Shown here: in pieces, positions 9,104 through 18,267 of the stretch
Position numbering within the stretch: the first letter of the stretch is position 1
How the letters are laid out: each line of letters begins with the position of its first letter
Assembly: GCA_963674745.2 (NCBI GenBank)
Contig: CAXXDV010000001.1
Location: 224,001-288,000, forward strand
Source: Desulfosudaceae bacterium
GTDB taxonomy: Bacteria > Desulfobacterota > Desulfobacteria > Desulfobacterales > Desulfosudaceae
Reading direction: 5' to 3'
DNA length: 64,000 nt
Translations under genes and position numbers: made by a program
The notes under the pieces: model-generated
The model's database searches: none
What the model saw: the letters and a program-made list of their open reading frames with translations, nothing else
What the model was told of the DNA's origin: nothing

Positions 9104-10261
9104 TCAGGGGTCAGGGGTCGGGTTCAAAAACCGGTCGTAGGCGTCAGGCGTAATAATGGCCGTTTGTGCTTTTGGGTACCCCTTTAGAAACGTTTTCGGG
9201 AACCCTGTTTTCTTTTTTTTAGGGTTCCACTTGAATTCATATGCATAGAGATCCGGCCCCTGTTCTTCAATATAATCAATTTCCTGTTGCTGCGTCGTGC
9301 GCCAGAAAAAAGCAGACGCGTGAATACCCCTGTTGTCTGTCATTTTGCGTCTTTCCGACACCAGGTAATTTTCCCACAAAGCGCCTGTATCCGTGCGGCC
9401 GGACAAACCGATAAAATTACCGATGACGGCATTGCGGATGCCGTTATCAAAAAAATATATTTTTTTACTTTTTTTAATTTCATTTCTTATGTTGCGGCTA
9501 TAAGCCGGAAGCGTGAAAAGGACAAATGCTTTTTCAAGCAAATCCACATAACGGGCCACTGTCTGGCTGTCGGCCCCGGTAAGTTGACCGATCTCGTTAA
9601 AAGAGACTTCGCTGCCAAGCTGGAGGGCAAGTGCTTTGACAATCTTTCCAAGAAGGGATGGTTTCTTGATGCCCTCGAGCATCAGTAAATCTTTGAACAG
9701 GTAGCTGTCCGCCAGGAGCCTGATGACTTCCTCCTCACGGCCGGGTGATGTGATAATCTCCGGATAGCTGCCATAGACAAGCCGATGTTCCAGGCATCGC
9801 CGCTCTTCGAGCAGGCCCTGATGGGCCGCCATTTCACCAAAGGAGACCGGAAGCAGGATAAATTCAAATTTCCGGCCTGTAAGCGGTTCGGCAATACTGG
9901 AATTAAGCTCAAAAGCCGAAGAACCGGTCGCGATTGCCTGCACTTCAGGGATCTCATCGGTTATCAGCTTCAAGGTAAGGCCGATATTGGTGATCCGCTG
10001 GGCTTCGTCAATGCAGACAATGCGGTTATCCCCGATAATTGTGCGCAGCCGGGTAGACGTCGCTTCACTCAGCAGGTCACGAACGTCCGGCTCATCAGCA
10101 TTCAGCAGCAGGTAGTCTTGCTTTGATTCCGCTAAAAGGGCCTTTATCAGCGTGGTTTTTCCTGACTGCCTGGGGCCGAGAAGGATGATCGCCTTACCCT
10201 GAAAAAGGCGTGAACTGATGCGATGCATCACTTCCCTGAATATGAAATTCTTTGATTTCAT
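9104..10261 (-). CDS. AAA_14 ATPase with DUF4143 / PD-(D/E)xK-like C-terminus
   Basis: GPRQSGKT, IDEAQ, ATGSS, LTGRK, YGSYP, KIYFFDNGIRN, EIDYIEE...YEFKW. Confidence 0.9.
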   Translation of the reverse strand: MKSKNFIFREVMHRISSRLFQGKAIILLGPRQSGKTTLIKALLAESKQDYLLLNADEPDVRDLLSEATSTRLRTIIGDNRIVCIDEAQRITNIGLTLKLITDEIPEVQAIATGSSAFELNSSIAEPLTGRKFEFILLPVSFGEMAAHQGLLEERRCLEHRLVYGSYPEIITSPGREEEVIRLLADSYLFKDLLMLEGIKKPSLLGKIVKALALQLGSEVSFNEIGQLTGADSQTVARYVDLLEKAFVLFTLPAYSRNIRNEIKKSKKIYFFDNGIRNAVIGNFIGLSGRTDTGALWENYLVSERRKMTDNRGIHASAFFWRTTQQQEIDYIEEQGPDLYAYEFKWNPKKKKTGFPKTFLKGYPKAQTAIITPDAYDRFLNPTPDP

Positions 10262-10488
10262 TCCGAAATAAATATAATATTTTTCGATTTAAATCAAGGA
10301 AAAATTTAAAATTGGCAGTTACGGGTTGCAGGTTTAGGCTTTAGATAGAGAAAAGCCTGGGTCCTTTAAGTGGAAGTGTTTAAGTGGTTATGTGTTTAAG
10401 TGGTTATGTGTTTAAGTGTTTAAGTGATTAGGTGGCCGGGGTTTTAGAGACGTTTTTCCATAAACACTTAAACACATAATCACTTCTA

Positions 10489-11710
10489 CTTACAGTCTCT
10501 GCTTTGGCATACCGATCATTATATTTAGATTATCTGCATACCGATAATCACGTAACCACTTAACCACTTCCCCTTATAACAGCTGCTTTAGCAATCCGAT
10601 ATTCAACTTTCTGTTACCTGCCCGCCGCCAACAACATAACCACTTAACCACTTCTTCTTACAGTCTCTGCTTTGGCATACCGATCATTATATTTAGATTA
10701 TCTGCAAATCGATAAGCACCTAACCACTTAACCACTTCCCCTTATAACAGCTGCTTTAGCAATCCGATATTCAACTTTCTGTTACCTGCCCGCCGACAAA
10801 AACATAACCACTTCTTCTTACAGTCTCTGCTTTGGCATACCGATAATCACGTAACCACTTAACCACTTCCCCTTATAACAGCTGCTTTAGCAATCCGATA
10901 TTCAACTTTCTGTTACCTGCCTGCCGCCAACAACATAACCACTTAACCACTTCTTCTTACAGTCTCTGCTTTGGCATACCGATCATTATATTTAGATTAT
11001 CTGCATACCGATAAGCACGTAACCACTTAACCACTTCCCCTTATAACAGCTGCTTTAGCAATCCGATATTCAACTTTCTGTTACCTGCCTGCCGCCAACA
11101 ACATAACCACTTAACCACTTCTTCTTACAGTCTCTGCTTTGGCATACCGATCATTATATTTAGATTATCTGCATACCGATAATCACGTAACCACTTAACC
11201 ACTTCCCCTTATAACAGCTGCTTTAGCAATCCGATATTCAACTTTCTGTTACCTGCCCGCCGACAAAAACATAACCACTTAACCACTTCTTCTTACAGTC
11301 TCTGCTTTGGCATACCGATCATTATATTTAGATTATCTGCATACCGATAATCACGTAACCACTTAACCACTTCCCCTTATAACAGCTGCTTTAGCAATCC
11401 GATATTCAACTTTCTGTTACCTGCCCGCCGACAAAAACATAACCACTTAACCACTTCTTCTTACAGTCTCTGCTTTGGCATACCGATCATTATATTTAGA
11501 TTATCTGCAAATCGATAAGCACCTAACCACTTAACCACTTCCCCTTATAGCAGCTGCTTTAGCAATCCGATATTCAACTTTCTGCTACCTGCCTGCCGAC
11601 AAAAACATAACCACTTAACCACTTCTTCTTACAGTCTCTGCTTTGGCATACCGATGTTTAATTTACTGTTGCTGACCTGCCGCCAACAACATAACCACTT
11701 AATCACTTTT
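10489..11710. repeat. Non-coding tandem array of 168-bp units, each a dimer of two diverged 84-bp monomers; 7 units plus a partial
   Basis: CTTACAG unit starts at 10489, 10657, 10817, 10956, 11124, 11292, 11460, 11628 (periods 168, 160, 139, 168, 168, 168, 168). Stops occur in all six frames of the unit. Confidence 0.95.
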
Positions 11711-11749
11711 GCGCTTGTAATGCTGAATGCCAAGCCCCAAAGCCTGAGT

Positions 11750-13450
11750 TTAACACCCCTCACATCCGCGCTTGATACTATCCTTAATCCGTTTGACGTG
11801 GCCGCGGCCGAGGCCGCGGACTTCGCAGTCCAGTTGAAAATAGCGGCGAATATCATCGTCGGAAAGCAGGTTGAAACAGTCGACCACGGCGATGGGGTTG
11901 CCGGCCATTTTTACGACATCGTCGGGCATCAGTTTCAGATAGAGTTCGTGCCGCACGGCCAGGACAACGGCGTCGACTCCTTTTAAGGCCGTGGCCAGGT
12001 CGGGTTCCATGCGCAGGTCCTGCAACCGTTCCTGGTTGCGGAAAAACCGGGCCAGGCTGGTGTCGGGAGACGGGTAGATATCCTGTTTCTCAAATTCCCA
12101 CCAGTGCTTTACATAGGGGTCATGGGCCCGGACATCGCCGCCCATTTCCACCAGCTTGCGCACCATGACTTCCGAGCCGCTGTAGCGGGTGTCGCCCACG
12201 TCTTCACGATAAGAAGCGCCGAGCACGGCGATTTTGGCGTTGGGCACGATTTTGCCCTGTTCACGCAGGGCGTCACGCACCATGCCGGCGGCACGCAGGG
12301 AGCGGGTGTCATTAATGTCGATGCTGACGGGCGTTATTTTAAAAAGGTCGTCTTCATATCCCATGAGCGTATGGTAGGCCCAGACGCCCAGTCCGCCGTC
12401 CTTGGGCAGGCAGTATCCGCCGATGCCCGGCCCGGGGAACAGCATGTTGTTGTGGGTCGGCCGGACCTTGATGGCTTTGACCACCTTGGTCATGTCAACA
12501 CCGTTGCGTTCACAGAAGACGCTCCATTCATCCATAAAGGCCAGGCTGGTCGCCCGGTAGGCGTTCTCCATGATCTTGCAGGTTTCGCTTTCAACGGGCC
12601 GGTCCAGAACGGTCAACGGAAATTTGTCCACGTTGAGCACCTGGGATAAAAAGGCGGTTACCTTTTCGCGGGCGGTTTCGTTTATACCGCTGCACACCCG
12701 CCAGAAATCACGGATAGACGCCACGTACTCACGACCGGGCATGACCCGTTCATAAGAATGGGCCAGCAACGGCTGTTTGTCACCCAGGCCGCGTTTTTCA
12801 AATTCGCGCTTGATAATGGGGTTGGCCACATATTCGGTGGTTCCCGGCGGAACCGTGGTCTCGATCAGGACCAGGCAGTCCGGGGGGATATGTTCGCCGA
12901 TCACTTTGAGGCTCTGCTCTAAGGCGGATATTTCGGCATAACCGTCACGCACGTTGCCGAAATCATTTTTATGATAATCGCACTGGACATCCACGACCAC
13001 CACATCGGCCAGTTCCAGGGCGGCATAAGAGAACGTGGCGGTCAGGGTTTTCTTCTCCAGAACACAGCGCTTGATCATGGGCGCCACTTCCGGGTCTTCT
13101 GCTTCCACCGGCGCCACGCCCCGGTTCAGGTAAGGGATCTTCCAGTACGAGCGCGGTGAAGGCCGCTGCATACCGATAACGAACTTGGCGGGGTGACCGG
13201 TTTTTTTATCCACGGAATCGGCCACCACCCCGGCCATGACAGCACCGACAAACCCGACACCCATCACGACCACGATTTCGTGGCCCTGGTCGCGGTGTTC
13301 TTTTACCAGGGTCTGAAGGCGCTTGTTCTCCTCGGCATAGTCGTTTTCATCGGGCAGGACAAAGCATTCGCCGTTGGGACAGAAGGAGTCGGTTTCGGAG
13401 GGGGCACGGGTACCCGCATTATCATTGTCCGGTCTTGTGGGAGAGGTCAT
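11750..13450 (-). CDS. UDP-glucose/GDP-mannose-family nucleotide-sugar dehydrogenase (WbpA/WecC-like, long form)
   Basis: GVGFVG, IETTVPPGTT, SYERVMPG, KIMENAYR, PGPGIGGYCLPKD, LGASYREDVGDTRYS. Confidence 0.9.
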   Translation of the reverse strand: MTSPTRPDNDNAGTRAPSETDSFCPNGECFVLPDENDYAEENKRLQTLVKEHRDQGHEIVVVMGVGFVGAVMAGVVADSVDKKTGHPAKFVIGMQRPSPRSYWKIPYLNRGVAPVEAEDPEVAPMIKRCVLEKKTLTATFSYAALELADVVVVDVQCDYHKNDFGNVRDGYAEISALEQSLKVIGEHIPPDCLVLIETTVPPGTTEYVANPIIKREFEKRGLGDKQPLLAHSYERVMPGREYVASIRDFWRVCSGINETAREKVTAFLSQVLNVDKFPLTVLDRPVESETCKIMENAYRATSLAFMDEWSVFCERNGVDMTKVVKAIKVRPTHNNMLFPGPGIGGYCLPKDGGLGVWAYHTLMGYEDDLFKITPVSIDINDTRSLRAAGMVRDALREQGKIVPNAKIAVLGASYREDVGDTRYSGSEVMVRKLVEMGGDVRAHDPYVKHWWEFEKQDIYPSPDTSLARFFRNQERLQDLRMEPDLATALKGVDAVVLAVRHELYLKLMPDDVVKMAGNPIAVVDCFNLLSDDDIRRYFQLDCEVRGLGRGHVKRIKDSIKRGCEGC

Positions 13451-13464
13451 CCTTACTCCTTAAG

Positions 13465-13985
13465 GCTAAGTGGTTAGGTGATTAAGTGCTAGTTGGTAAG
13501 CATATAGCATAAATTTAATAATCGGTTTGCCAAAGCTGGGGTTGTAAGTTGAAGTGATTAAGTGGTTAGGTGATTATGTGGTTATGTGGGCCCGTGTTTT
13601 CGAGCAGGTTGCCCCCTAAAGACCGATGCGATTAATCACCTCTTCCCAGGAACCCTGATTTGCCAACCCGTTGAAAAACATACATTTTCCTTTTTTATCG
13701 ACAAAAGCTTAAACACTTAAGCACATAACCACTTAATCACTTAATCACTTCTGTTTACTACCTCAATCTTGGCAGACCAATGCTTAACTTACTGTTACTG
13801 GCTCGCCGACAAAAACATAACCACTTAAACACATAACCACTTAATCACTTGTCCTTATAGCCTCTGCTATAGCATGCCGGCACTTCACTTCCTGACACCA
13901 GCCTCCCGACAAAGACCTAATCACATAAACACTTAATCACATAATCACTTCTACTTACAGCCTCAATCTTGGCAGACCGACGCAT
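13465..13985. repeat. Composite element: octamer arrays in both orientations plus diverged 84-bp monomers
   Basis: One reverse-strand monomer at ~13480-13560; forward monomers at ~13750-13985. Confidence 0.8.
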
Positions 13986-13990
13986 AGCTC

Positions 13991-15004
13991 TTAATGATAG
14001 TAGGACTTATACCAGTCAACGAATCGTCCGATGCCGTCTTCGATGGTGGTGACGGGTTTAAAGCCAACGGCTTTGTAGAGGTCGTCAATATCCGCGCAGG
14101 TGGCGGGCACATCGCCGGGCTGCATATCCAGAAAATCTTTTTCCGCTGTTTTGCCCAGGTGTTTTTCCAATGCTTCAATAAACCGCATGAGTGTTACCGG
14201 CTGGTTATTGCCGATGTTATATATCCGGTAAGGCGCATAGGATGTGCCGGGATCCGGGTGCCGACCGGACCAGTCGGGATTCGGGTCGGGACTGGTTTTC
14301 ATAACCCGGACAACGCCCTCAATGATGTCGTCGACGTAGGTAAAGTCCCGCTGCATGTTGCCGTGGTTGAAAACCTGTATGGGCTTGTCGGCAAGAATGG
14401 CCTTTGTAAAAAGGAAAATCGCCATGTCCGGTCTTCCCCAGGGGCCGTAAACCGTGAAGAACCGCAGGCCGGTGGCCGGCAGGTTATATAGATGGCTGTA
14501 GGTGTGGGCCATCAGTTCGTTGGATTTCTTGGTGGCCGCGTACAGGGAAACCGGATGATCGACGTTGTCATGAACCGAAAAGGGCATGTTGGTGTTGGCC
14601 CCGTAAACCGAACTTGATGAGGCAAACACCAGGTGCCTGACATTAAAATGACGGCAGCATTCGAGCAGATTGACAAACCCGACCAGGTTGGATTCGACGT
14701 AGGCGTGGGGGTTTTTAAGGGAATACCGGACGCCGGCCTGAGCGGCCAGGTTGATCACGACCTCGATGGTGTGGGATTGAAACAGCGCTTCCAGGTCCGC
14801 TCGATGACTTAAATCAATTTTCTGAAATTCAAAATCATCAAACGATTCGAGTTGCTTTAAACGATCTTCTTTCAGGCTGACATCATAGTAGTCATTGAGA
14901 TTGTCTATGCCCACCACCGAATAGCCGTCGTTTAAAAGCCGGTGGGCCAGGTGGAAGCCGATGAACCCGGCTGCGCCGGTGATTAGGACGGACTTGAAGT
15001 TCAT
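13991..15004 (-). CDS. NAD-dependent epimerase (UDP-glucuronate 4-epimerase-like)
   Basis: [55 protein letters not shown]. Confidence 0.93.
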   Translation of the reverse strand: MNFKSVLITGAAGFIGFHLAHRLLNDGYSVVGIDNLNDYYDVSLKEDRLKQLESFDDFEFQKIDLSHRADLEALFQSHTIEVVINLAAQAGVRYSLKNPHAYVESNLVGFVNLLECCRHFNVRHLVFASSSSVYGANTNMPFSVHDNVDHPVSLYAATKKSNELMAHTYSHLYNLPATGLRFFTVYGPWGRPDMAIFLFTKAILADKPIQVFNHGNMQRDFTYVDDIIEGVVRVMKTSPDPNPDWSGRHPDPGTSYAPYRIYNIGNNQPVTLMRFIEALEKHLGKTAEKDFLDMQPGDVPATCADIDDLYKAVGFKPVTTIEDGIGRFVDWYKSYYH

Positions 15005-15057
15005 AATTTTAGCTTCGAGAATTTTTTTTGGGATTGGCGGTCAGGGGTTTTAAGGCT

Positions 15058-15520
15058 TTGTGTTTAAGTGTTTATGTGATTAAGTGTTTATGTGATTAGG
15101 TGGTTAAGTGATTAGGTGGTTAAGTGGTTAAGTGGTTAAGTGATTATGTGGTTATGTGGTTATGTGGTTAAGTTATGTGTGTCTGGGTATACGAGGGTGT
15201 TTTCGATAAAGGCATAAATTCATAATGATTTGTCCTTGTAATTTTTTCTACCAAACCCATGTTTTGCTTTCTGATAGCAACCTACCGATAAAAACATAAT
15301 CACGTAAACACTTAAACACATAACCACTTCTACTTACAGTTGCGACTTTGGCAAACCGACAATAGATTTTTCGTCATGGGCTTTCCGTTAAGCACATAAT
15401 CACATAATCACTTCAACTTAAAGCCTCTGCCCTGGCAGACCAATGCTTAACTTACTGTTACTGGCTCGCCGACAAAAACATAACCACTTAATCACTTAAA
15501 CACATAACCACCTAAGCCCT
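15058..15520. repeat. Composite element: GTGDTTAD array, central linker, inverted arrays with 84-bp monomers
   Basis: Same architecture as at 6517-6634, 10366-11710 and 13465-13985. Confidence 0.8.
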
Positions 15521-15769
15521 ATATCCAAAAATTAACTGATGACGACTTTTGGCTTTACGGCAAAATCAGGGCAATCGATCGGCCGGTATAAAGCTCCGCC
15601 CCTAAGGTTACATAGAATCGGATTCCCCCTTCGAACCCCTTGAAATTTAAACCTAATCATATTCTACAATCTGATTATTATACCAGCTAAACCCCTAAAA
15701 TTCAAGAAAATTGTGGTGTCCATGGCTTTATTCTTGACTCAAATCGGCAGGGTGCACATAATAAAAATT

Positions 15770-16460
15770 TAGGTTCAGGATTTCAGGGTTCGGGGTTTGA
15801 GGTTTGAGGGGTTGTTGTTTTTCTAATACCCTAATACTTTAACACCTAAAAACATGTATTCTTGAAGGCTAAACAGACTGTCTAATAACCCAAAACAATC
15901 GTCATTCGGACGAGGGCGACCAGCCGGTCGCCCCTACAAGGCGAGCCGGAATGACGAATTGCGGGACATGCTGTAAAGCCTTCCGCTATACATACCTGTA
16001 GGGGCGGCCCCCTGTGGCCGCCCGACAAATGGGCACCCACATGGGGGTGCCCCTACATGGACGTGATTCACAATCGGGCACGGCACGCCGTGCCCCTACG
16101 GGATATGGGTTTGCGATTTGCCGAAGGGGTTGAGGTTCAGGGTTCAGGGTTTGAAGGTTGAGGGGTTGTTGTTACTCTAATGCTTTAACACCTAAAAACA
16201 GGTATTATTGAAGGCTAAACAGGCTGTCTAATAACCCGAAACAATCGTCATTCGGACGAGGGCGACCAGCCGGTCGCCCCTACAAGGCGAGCCGGAATGA
16301 CGAATTGCGGGACATGCTGTAAAGCCTTCCGCTATACATACCTGTAGGGGCGGCCCCCTGTGGCCGCCCGACAAATGGGCACCCACATGGGGGTGCCCCT
16401 ACATGGACGTGATTTGGAATCGGGCACGGCACGCCGTGCCCCTACGGGAATATGGGTCTG
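15770..16460. repeat. ~350-bp tandem duplication built from GTAG-type REP palindromes and heptamer repeats
   Basis: gtcattcggacgagggcgaccagccggtcgcccctac at 15901 and 16247; gtaggggcggccccctgtggccgccc, gggcacccacatgggggtgcccctac and gggcacggcacgccgtgcccctac in both copies. Confidence 0.88.
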
Positions 16461-16544
16461 CGCTATGCAGAAGGGATTATAAAGTTTGGGGTTTGAGGCC
16501 CGGATTGGTGGCCCCCAAACAATTGACATATTAGAAGGAGAAAG

Positions 16545-17591
16545 ATGACAGAAGAACAGAGTATCTCCGTTTTACAGCGGTTAAAAGATAATGAGGCCTT
16601 ACTGAGAAAGTTTTATGCGGTTGAAAAAAAGATATTGTCCATTCTGAGTTTTAAGGACCTTTTTGACGTTCTTTTAGCCGAGATCAAGGAGCAGTTCAAC
16701 ATCCCCTTTGTGTGGCTATCGTTCATTAAAAACAGCGACACCCTGGCCCTGATCGACGCCATGAGCGGCCCGGACAATACCATCCAATCCGACATCAATG
16801 TAATTGAAAAAAGCATCTTTTTCGCGCTGATCGGCAACCAGACCGAACCGGTTCTGGCCAATGCGGATTTAAAACCGTTTTATCAGCTGCTTCCCGAAGG
16901 CAAAAGTTTTCTGATCAAATCCATGGCCATCGCCCCGATTACCATGGACGGGGAAACCATCGGCAGTCTCAACCAGGCCGATGCCTCTGAAGCGCGCTTT
17001 CAACCCGACATGGACACCTTTCTGCTGGAACAGCTGGCGGCCAAGGTGTCGCTCTGTCTTTCCAATGTGACGGCCCATGAAAAACTGGAATTTTTGGCCT
17101 ATCATGACCCCCTGACCGGTTTGCTCAACCGGCGCGTCATGGAGACGGTTTTAAAACGGGAGTCCGGCCGGGCCCGGCGGTACGAAATGCCGTTGTCGGT
17201 TGTTTTTATGGATCTGGACTATTTTAAAGCTGTCAACGACACTTACGGCCATGAGGTCGGGGATCAACTGCTGGTCCATCTGGCCAGGAACCTGGAAGAA
17301 AAAAGCCGGGAAACGGATATTGTGGCGCGGTTTGCCGGTGATGAATTTGTGGTCATCCTTCCTGAAACCGCCGGGGAACAGGCACACGCCCTGATGGACC
17401 GTGTTAAACGCCACCTCGAAGAAACCCCCCTGGTTTACGGCGACACATCCATTCCGGTGTCCACCAGTTTCGGCATTGCTTCCATGGATGACGTCGGGCC
17501 CGAGGACGATGCGGCCGCGGTGCTGTTGAAAAAGGCGGATGAACGGCTTTACGTCATAAAAGAGGCCAGAAAGACAAACGCCACACGCTGA
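16545..17591 (+). CDS. GAF/DUF484-like sensor diguanylate cyclase (AGDEF variant)
   Basis: DPLTGLLNRR, DLDYFKAVNDTYGH, RETDIVARFAGDEF, ADERLY; GGAG RBS upstream. Confidence 0.9.
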   Translation: MTEEQSISVLQRLKDNEALLRKFYAVEKKILSILSFKDLFDVLLAEIKEQFNIPFVWLSFIKNSDTLALIDAMSGPDNTIQSDINVIEKSIFFALIGNQTEPVLANADLKPFYQLLPEGKSFLIKSMAIAPITMDGETIGSLNQADASEARFQPDMDTFLLEQLAAKVSLCLSNVTAHEKLEFLAYHDPLTGLLNRRVMETVLKRESGRARRYEMPLSVVFMDLDYFKAVNDTYGHEVGDQLLVHLARNLEEKSRETDIVARFAGDEFVVILPETAGEQAHALMDRVKRHLEETPLVYGDTSIPVSTSFGIASMDDVGPEDDAAAVLLKKADERLYVIKEARKTNATR

Positions 17592-17649
17592 AGTCGGCAA
17601 CGTGTGGCGTTTATAAACCGTTATCTAAAAGACGGGCGCTTTTTTAGGG

Positions 17650-18261
17650 TCAGGCGTCCTTGTCTTCTTTTTTATCTTCTTCTGCGGGGGCATCTTCTGG
17701 CACCTCGGCCTGAGCTTCCGCCGGCTCTGTTGTTTCTTCTGCGGGTGCTTCGGCTGCGGTCTCGGCCTCTGCCGGGGCTGCTTCGGCTTCTTCGGCCGGT
17801 GCTGCCGCCGGTTCATCCGCGGCTGCTGGTTTGGCGGCGGCCGGTGTTACCGGGGCCTTCTTTTTAGCGGCTTTGTCTTTCTTCTTTTTCTTTTTCTCTT
17901 CGGTTTCCGGCAGGACCAGTTCCACCACGGTCATCAGCGCCGCATCGCCGGGCCGTCGGCCCACTTTGATCAGGCGCGTGTAGCCGCCGGCTCTGCTGCC
18001 GAACAGCTCCTGCGCATTTTCAAAAAGTTTATGCACAACCGCTTTATCATGTACGATGGATAACGCCTGACGCCTGGCATGAAGATCACCCCTTTTGGCC
18101 AGCGTGACCACATGGTCCGCCCAACGCCTCAATTCTTTGGCCTTGGTGTCGGTGGTGCGAATCCGTTCATGCTTCAATAACGACGTAACCATATTACGGA
18201 ACATGGCATTCCGATGACTGCCTGTTCTTCCCAGCTTTACGCCTGCTTTGCGATGTCTCAT
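17650..18261 (-). CDS. rplQ: 50S ribosomal protein L17 with a long Ala/Glu/Pro-rich tail
   Basis: [25 protein letters not shown]. Confidence 0.97.
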   Translation of the reverse strand: MRHRKAGVKLGRTGSHRNAMFRNMVTSLLKHERIRTTDTKAKELRRWADHVVTLAKRGDLHARRQALSIVHDKAVVHKLFENAQELFGSRAGGYTRLIKVGRRPGDAALMTVVELVLPETEEKKKKKKDKAAKKKAPVTPAAAKPAAADEPAAAPAEEAEAAPAEAETAAEAPAEETTEPAEAQAEVPEDAPAEEDKKEDKDA

Positions 18262-18267
18262 TACGAC

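Noticed and set aside
240..10435. Classical integron with attC sites (the octamers contain GTTRRRY/RYYYAAC)
   Set aside because: The core-site match follows from the octamer sequence itself. I could not find paired R''/L''/L'/R' boxes, and there is no intI in the window. An IntegronFinder run would settle it.
10489..11710. CRISPR array
   Set aside because: The would-be spacers repeat (only two alternating types) and resemble each other; the unit is 84/168 bp; no cas genes are in the window.
11629..11986. ORFs overlapping the end of the tandem array
   Set aside because: Made from repeat sequence plus shadow frames of the dehydrogenase gene.
17650..17920. Low-complexity L17 tail as a novelty
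   Set aside because: Ala/Glu/Lys-rich C-terminal extensions of L17 are common in many bacteria.
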